In this document: positions 57,713 through 64,000 of the stretch, in pieces
Layout of the letters: every line of letters begins with the position of its first letter
How positions within the stretch are numbered: position 1 is the stretch's first letter
NCBI GenBank assembly: GCA_018825365.1
Contig: JAHJEV010000001.1
Coordinates: 57,601-121,600 of the forward strand
From: Patescibacteria group bacterium
Lineage (GTDB): Bacteria; Patescibacteriota; WWE3; UBA101185; UBA10185
Reading direction: 5' to 3'
DNA: 64,000 nucleotides
Notes under the pieces: model-generated
Told to the model about the DNA's origin: nothing
The model's input: only the letters and a program-made list of their open reading frames with translations
Database searches by the model: none
Translations under genes and position numbers: made by a program

Positions 57713-58201
57713 ATGCAGATCATTGCCCGAGATTCCCAGCTATGGATTTATATGACGCCGGAAGTGCGCGATCTTATAGAGGATGGGGAGGTTGTGTTGA
57801 ATTTTGTTTATGAGAATAAGGAAAGGTCCAAGGCCGGTATCTCTGATTATTCATTTATGGTATTTCCATTTGCGAAAGCATTTGAGGGGTTCTTAAAAAG
57901 ATTTTTTTGGGATGCAGGTTTGATTACAAAAGCCGAATATTTTTCAGATGAGATAAGAATAGGAAGACTTTTAAATCCCGGATATGAAGATAACTCTAGT
58001 ATTTACAAAAAGATATGTGGCGGAAAAGAAATTCCGGATAAATTATGGAAAGCTTGGAAGAGGGGAAGAAATTTGGTTTTTCATTACTTTCCCCATAATT
58101 TTAGAAGACTGGGTTACAATGAGGCGCTAGATGTGGTTAATGAAATAATAAAAGCAATGGATGCGGTTGTGTCTCACTGTTCCGTAAAGGTCAAAGATTA
58201 G
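57713..58201 (+). CDS. Hypothetical protein
   Basis: 162-aa ORF. No recognisable motif. Confidence 0.35.
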   Translation: MQIIARDSQLWIYMTPEVRDLIEDGEVVLNFVYENKERSKAGISDYSFMVFPFAKAFEGFLKRFFWDAGLITKAEYFSDEIRIGRLLNPGYEDNSSIYKKICGGKEIPDKLWKAWKRGRNLVFHYFPHNFRRLGYNEALDVVNEIIKAMDAVVSHCSVKVKD

Positions 58202-58204
58202 GGA

Positions 58205-60598
58205 TTAATTATTCGTTTCGAATCTAGAGCCTATAACTTTAATGGTTTTTGTAATTTTTCCCTGGGTGTTTACACGGATAACATAGTTTTTGGTATCTTC
58301 CATATTTCCGTTTATGTCCTGTGACTTATACAAAAAGTCAGTAACACCTTCTTTTTGGATTAAAATTGGTTCTTTATATAATTCCCATGTTTCTCCATCG
58401 TCGATTGAATAAAAAATACCTTCAATATCAGTGCTTTCCTCGTTGTCACAAGATAGATTAATTAAAGGGTATTCTACAAACCAGCCGTTTAATTGGTCTC
58501 CTTGAACTAAAATAACGGTTTCAGGTGGTAAGATATCTGCTTTTTCTGCAAATGCTGCAAACTTGCTAAAGTGATTGGTATATGAGGTAAGGGTATTAGT
58601 AACAGTATCAAAGGTGCTTTCTAAAGATTCCCATAAACCTGAGTTTTGATTCCAATAATACAGTTTTATAGTGCTAGTAATTACGTTGCTTAGTGACAAA
58701 GGATTTATTTGTATAGATATTTTTATCAAATTATCAAAGTTTGAAATTATGTCTCCGCTTTGGTCGAAAGCTTCCAAAATGAAAGACGTGCTTTCTATAT
58801 ATTTTAAATTTTTTTGAACGCTGTTTAATGTAGGTTGGATATAAGAAACAATTTTTGCTGTAAAGTTTTTCGCTGAATTTTGAAAATTTTCAAAAGAAAC
58901 CTTTTTGTTGTCTAATACCAAGTCGTCGGAATCTTCCGGATTTGAACCCGAACTAATAAAACGAGAATTCTTTCCAATATCGGTTTTCCACAAATACGAA
59001 CTTTCACTTCCTCGATGATTTCCTAATGAATCATTCCAAGTAAAATTTTTCCACGGATCAGAACTTATTAAACTTTGCCACCCGAATGGATCGACTCTTC
59101 CGATAGGGAAGTCGTTTAAGTAATCTCCATCCAATCCCAAATCCCTCAAAATTTCAAAATGAAGATGGGGCCCGCTTGTCTTTCCCGTCATACCCACTTT
59201 TCCTATTTTGTCACCGGCATTTACCCATACTTTGTCATATTTTGTTATTAATTCATCACTTTGTAGATGTTCATATATTGACTGATATCCTTGCGGGTGG
59301 TCTATCTTAATAGTGTTTCCGCATGCACTGCAGTAGTAATAACTGGCATATCCGGAAGCCGGGGCTACTATCTCCGTTCCATATTTTAGAGCAAAATCGG
59401 TTCCGCTGTGGGAGCTATAATAAATGTTAGGTTCTGAGTCTTTGTACCCTAAAAAATTTTGAGTAGTAGTTTTGTCACTTTCCGGTTCAACAAAATACGC
59501 ATAACCTAAAAGAGGGTAACTGTGATCGAAGTACGCAGTAATTTTGTCGATTAATTCCTGATCCCCTTGACTAGTCCAAGGAATGTCAAAAATTGGAAGT
59601 TTGGGAATCGAATCTTCCGGTAGTTGATATCTGTAAACTCCTTCGTATAAGACTGCCGCAAATAAATATGCAGGTTCCGAATAAATCCAATTTATATCTC
59701 TCGTTTTATTAAAGGGATCCGAGATTTCTAAGCCCGTGTTTTCCCAAGTGTTTCCTAGGTTTGAAGTAGAGTAGACAGTATAAGTTTGATTAATCGGATT
59801 TTGTCTGCCAACATAATATTTATTTCTGAAATGCGTGATATTCCCAACCGCATAGTTTCCAAAACTGTCAACTTTATTCCAAGTTGTTCCCAAATCCATT
59901 GATGCGTAAATGCCAGTAGTTGCCGAAGATCCGGCAAATACCTCAGATTCATTTATAGCAAAATAGTACAAGGATTTATTTAATAAAGAGGACATTTCTG
60001 TCCACGTCTCCCCATGATCTACAGATCTGTAAACCGATCTTAAAGTTGCAACAATTGCTAAATTGTCACTTGAGGCCAGTGCGTATATTTTTGTTCCGTC
60101 ACAGGAAATCCCGATTCTCTGAGTCCATGTATCCCCTTTGTCTTTTGAAATCCAAAGCCCGCAATTTTCAGTTCCCAGATATATAGTTTGTGAGTCTGTT
60201 GTAACCTTATTTGTAGAGTACGGCGGACCAATGTAGCTCCAGGTTGCGCCTTTATCCGATGAGACAAAAAGCCCGTTTGTGTTGTTTTGAGTGTAGTAGG
60301 TTGTTGCATATATTTTTCCATCGTAATATTTAATATCCGTGATTCCTCTGCCAGAAAGACCAAGTGTTTGCCAGGTTTGCCCCAGGTCTTTTGATATATA
60401 AAGTGCGTTTTTGGGAGGCGGCACCTCCCAGATATTTGTATTTAATTCCCCGGCAAGGATACCAAAGGGAGTGTTTTCCAAAGAAGTTATTGATTGCGAG
60501 GCTAAACCCGTTTTAATCCAGGAAGCCCCAGTCTTAAAAAGAGAAGAGAAAGTAATTAATATAGCCAAAACAGTTAGATATTTTAAATATTGTTTCAC
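58205..60598 (-). CDS. Secreted BNR/Asp-box beta-propeller fused to an M23 (LytM-type) metallopeptidase
   Basis: Signal peptide. At least six Asp-box repeats (SKDLGQTW, SSDKGATW, SKDKGDTW, SVDHGETW, SMDLGTTW, STSNLGNTW). The M23 domain has 'HSGTDFA' (HxxxD) and 'GPHLHFEI' (HxH). Then a roughly 300-aa C-terminal domain. Confidence 0.7.
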   Translation of the reverse strand: MKQYLKYLTVLAILITFSSLFKTGASWIKTGLASQSITSLENTPFGILAGELNTNIWEVPPPKNALYISKDLGQTWQTLGLSGRGITDIKYYDGKIYATTYYTQNNTNGLFVSSDKGATWSYIGPPYSTNKVTTDSQTIYLGTENCGLWISKDKGDTWTQRIGISCDGTKIYALASSDNLAIVATLRSVYRSVDHGETWTEMSSLLNKSLYYFAINESEVFAGSSATTGIYASMDLGTTWNKVDSFGNYAVGNITHFRNKYYVGRQNPINQTYTVYSTSNLGNTWENTGLEISDPFNKTRDINWIYSEPAYLFAAVLYEGVYRYQLPEDSIPKLPIFDIPWTSQGDQELIDKITAYFDHSYPLLGYAYFVEPESDKTTTQNFLGYKDSEPNIYYSSHSGTDFALKYGTEIVAPASGYASYYYCSACGNTIKIDHPQGYQSIYEHLQSDELITKYDKVWVNAGDKIGKVGMTGKTSGPHLHFEILRDLGLDGDYLNDFPIGRVDPFGWQSLISSDPWKNFTWNDSLGNHRGSESSYLWKTDIGKNSRFISSGSNPEDSDDLVLDNKKVSFENFQNSAKNFTAKIVSYIQPTLNSVQKNLKYIESTSFILEAFDQSGDIISNFDNLIKISIQINPLSLSNVITSTIKLYYWNQNSGLWESLESTFDTVTNTLTSYTNHFSKFAAFAEKADILPPETVILVQGDQLNGWFVEYPLINLSCDNEESTDIEGIFYSIDDGETWELYKEPILIQKEGVTDFLYKSQDINGNMEDTKNYVIRVNTQGKITKTIKVIGSRFETNN

Positions 60599-60676
60599 TA
60601 TTTTTTAATATTCTTTATCACAGACTTATTCAATTAAGGAAACTCTATTTTCCGTAGAGTGTAGTAAAATACCCCT

Positions 60677-61999
60677 GTGAGTAATTTGATTGAGCAAATA
60701 AAAATACAAAACCCAGATCTTAAAATCTCTGAAATTGAGGGACTCCTATTTATATTAAGAAACGAACCCGAAATCTCAAACAACGCTTTAATCAGAAAAT
60801 CAGGGCTACCTAAAGAAACACTAAAGTTATTTAAAAAATCCATATCCGATTATTTAGAAAACAGCGGAGAAGATGAAGTAACCTTAAACAAAACGGGAAA
60901 AGAGGTGCTCTCTGGGATAGAGTTGCCCCCTTATAAATGGACTTTATATCCATCTGATGAGTTAACCTTGTCATATAATAAGGTGTTGGAAATAAGGAAT
61001 AAATATGACATAGTGGCCAAAAGAGAATACGACCAATTTCTTGCTACGCCTGAAACTACTTACAATAAGGCTCGGGTTGCCATTGACAAGGGTGTGGTCC
61101 AGGGAAAGAACATTGCGTTTATCGGAGACGATGATTTAGTTTCTTTGGCACTTGCTTCAGTTTGTAGTTCTTATAAAAGTATTACAGTTTTTGATATTGA
61201 TGGGGATCTTCTATCCAAAGTAGAGACAGGAGCAAAGGATTTAAATTTTAAAAATCTATTTACTGCTAAATATGATGTTAGAAAAGAGTTAAATCAAAAA
61301 TATTTGGGAAGATTCGATACTGTTATCTTTGACCCACCCTATACGAAGAGTGGGGTAACGTTATTTTTGCAAAGGGCCGTGGAATTGCTTGGGAAAGTTG
61401 GGGGATTTGAAGGTAAGTATATTTTCATGTACTACGGAAACAGTTTTAAGTCTCCGGAAAAAACTCTAAAAATACAGGAAATTGTGAATAGATTTAATCT
61501 TGTTATCGAGGATAAGATAAATAAATTTGCACAGTATGAAGGTGCGGAGTCTGTTGGAAGCTCAAGTTCTTTGTATGTTTTGAAAGCCGACAAGTTTACC
61601 CACCCAGTTGATATCACGTTTGATTCCAAGAACATTTATACATACGAAAAGCAGGAAGATGAGAAGTTTCCTTTTGTAGATCATGTCGTTCTTAAGGTTC
61701 ATGACGTAGCTTCGGATCTTTTAATATCAAAAGGAAGGTTAATGGGGTCGATGGAGAAACTATGTAAGATGCATAGGTTTAAGGTCGTAAGCAAAGAAAT
61801 TTCAGTATTTGCCGGAGGTGGCATGACAGCAACGTTTGTTTTAGCAAACTCCAATTTGGTTGTTCATACATGGCCGGAGTTTAAAGCTTTACATATAGAT
61901 TTGATCACATGCTCACCAATATTTAAAAAGGAAGTGTTAAGAGAAAGTGTTTGTGAGGTCTTTGGTACTGATAGGGTTGAGTATCTATATATAGAGTAG
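60677..61999 (+). CDS. Three-domain fusion: wHTH-like N-terminus + class-I SAM-dependent transferase-like domain (DPPY) + pyruvoyl-type S-adenosylmethionine decarboxylase-like domain
   Basis: Residues ~140-230 have 'IAFIGDDDLVSL', 'ITVFDIDGD' and 'FDTVIFDPPY' (motifs I, II, IV of amino-group-directed MTases/aminopropyltransferases). Residues ~330-439 have 'VFAGGGMTATFVLANSNLVVHTWPEFKALHIDLITCSPIF'. This matches SpeH-type AdoMetDC ('GvsgvvlLaESHisiHTWPE...DvftCg'), except that E-S is replaced by N-S. Confidence 0.65.
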   Translation: MSNLIEQIKIQNPDLKISEIEGLLFILRNEPEISNNALIRKSGLPKETLKLFKKSISDYLENSGEDEVTLNKTGKEVLSGIELPPYKWTLYPSDELTLSYNKVLEIRNKYDIVAKREYDQFLATPETTYNKARVAIDKGVVQGKNIAFIGDDDLVSLALASVCSSYKSITVFDIDGDLLSKVETGAKDLNFKNLFTAKYDVRKELNQKYLGRFDTVIFDPPYTKSGVTLFLQRAVELLGKVGGFEGKYIFMYYGNSFKSPEKTLKIQEIVNRFNLVIEDKINKFAQYEGAESVGSSSSLYVLKADKFTHPVDITFDSKNIYTYEKQEDEKFPFVDHVVLKVHDVASDLLISKGRLMGSMEKLCKMHRFKVVSKEISVFAGGGMTATFVLANSNLVVHTWPEFKALHIDLITCSPIFKKEVLRESVCEVFGTDRVEYLYIE

Positions 62000-62038
62000 A
62001 GAATATAGATCAGTACCTTTGATTTTTAGGCGATTTTG

Positions 62039-62067
62039 TTGACAACGCACTTAGTTGTTGCTATTTA
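62039..62067 (+). promoter_or_regulatory. Candidate rRNA promoter (TTGACA-N17-TATTTA)
   Basis: TTGACA 62039-62044, 17-nt spacer, TATTTA 62062-67. Lies about 155 nt upstream of the 16S 5' end. Confidence 0.35.
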
Positions 62068-62221
62068 TTTAATGCTGAAGTACTATTCAGCTCTTGTACA
62101 TTGAAAATTTCCTTTGAGATTTTGAGTTTTCAAGATCATTAAGGCGAAAAGAACGGGTGCTTTGATGAATATCCCCTAACGCATTTGTGGATATTCATTA
62201 AAAGTAATTTAGCTTTTTATT

Positions 62222-63895
<1,674 letters not shown>

Positions 63896-64000
63896 AAAGA
63901 GAAAATTCGTTTTCTCTCCTTGGATTAGACAACTTAAGTATATTTATATGCTTAAGTGTCGGTCGGATGGGAGGAAAGTAGTTTCACCAAATAGGAATCT

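Noticed and set aside
62170-62215. 10-bp perfect inverted repeat ATGAATATCC...GGATATTCAT just upstream of the 16S 5' end
   Set aside because: Most likely part of the pre-rRNA leader processing structure. Not independently informative.

Overview
This window is low-GC (about 35%), gene-dense, and reads as part of a small-genome, CPR/Patescibacteria-like bacterium; that assignment is an inference from reduced gene sizes and an atypical 16S gene. The backbone is housekeeping operons plus a handful of non-coding signals: promoters, terminators and a CIRCE-like operator.

Housekeeping backbone:
- Heat shock: hrcA-grpE-dnaK, with lepA next to it.
- Envelope and translation: murJ, and rpsT leading a pilN/pilO-like operon that faces a sortase.
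- Glycolysis: gap - pgk - [ferredoxin + truncated AOR-family protein] - tpiA.
- Redox and cell wall: trxA, a PBP5-type D-Ala-D-Ala carboxypeptidase, an LCP protein, glycosyltransferases and tandem FemAB-like genes.
- DNA repair: two UvrD-family helicases (one fused to a Cas4/RecB-like nuclease), rmuC, nth, recF, mutM, an ATP-dependent DNA ligase, and a 5'-3' exonuclease with an extra N-terminal domain.
- Translation and rRNA modification: metG and rsmA/ksgA.
- Pentose phosphate: a split transketolase, rpe and rpiB.
- Others: lgt and a LOG-family protein.
- rRNA: a 16S gene carrying a roughly 250-nt insertion near its 3' end.

The findings I would look at first:
- A compositionally foreign island at about 25.0-29.7 kb (roughly 50% GC). 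It holds a 765-aa membrane-anchored protein of six tandem ~115-aa acidic repeats, divergently paired with an nfeD-flotillin (SPFH) operon. The two facing promoters use mirrored TTGACA -35 boxes and near-identical ribosome-binding sites.
- A 440-aa fusion of a winged-helix N-terminus, a class-I SAM-dependent transferase-like domain with a DPPY motif, and a pyruvoyl-type AdoMet-decarboxylase-like domain whose self-processing Glu-Ser is replaced by Asn-Ser.
- A "mini-AOR" plus ferredoxin embedded in the glycolytic operon.
- A sortase facing a protein with a sorting-signal-like C-terminus, immediately downstream of the pilN/pilO-like operon.
- A secreted BNR-propeller-M23 peptidase fusion.
- Two GC-rich, hairpin-dense non-coding candidates, upstream of tktA and beside recF.
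- A recurrent pattern of small, higher-GC orphan ORFs between housekeeping operons.

All calls come from reading motifs in the supplied translations and sequence. No database searches were run.
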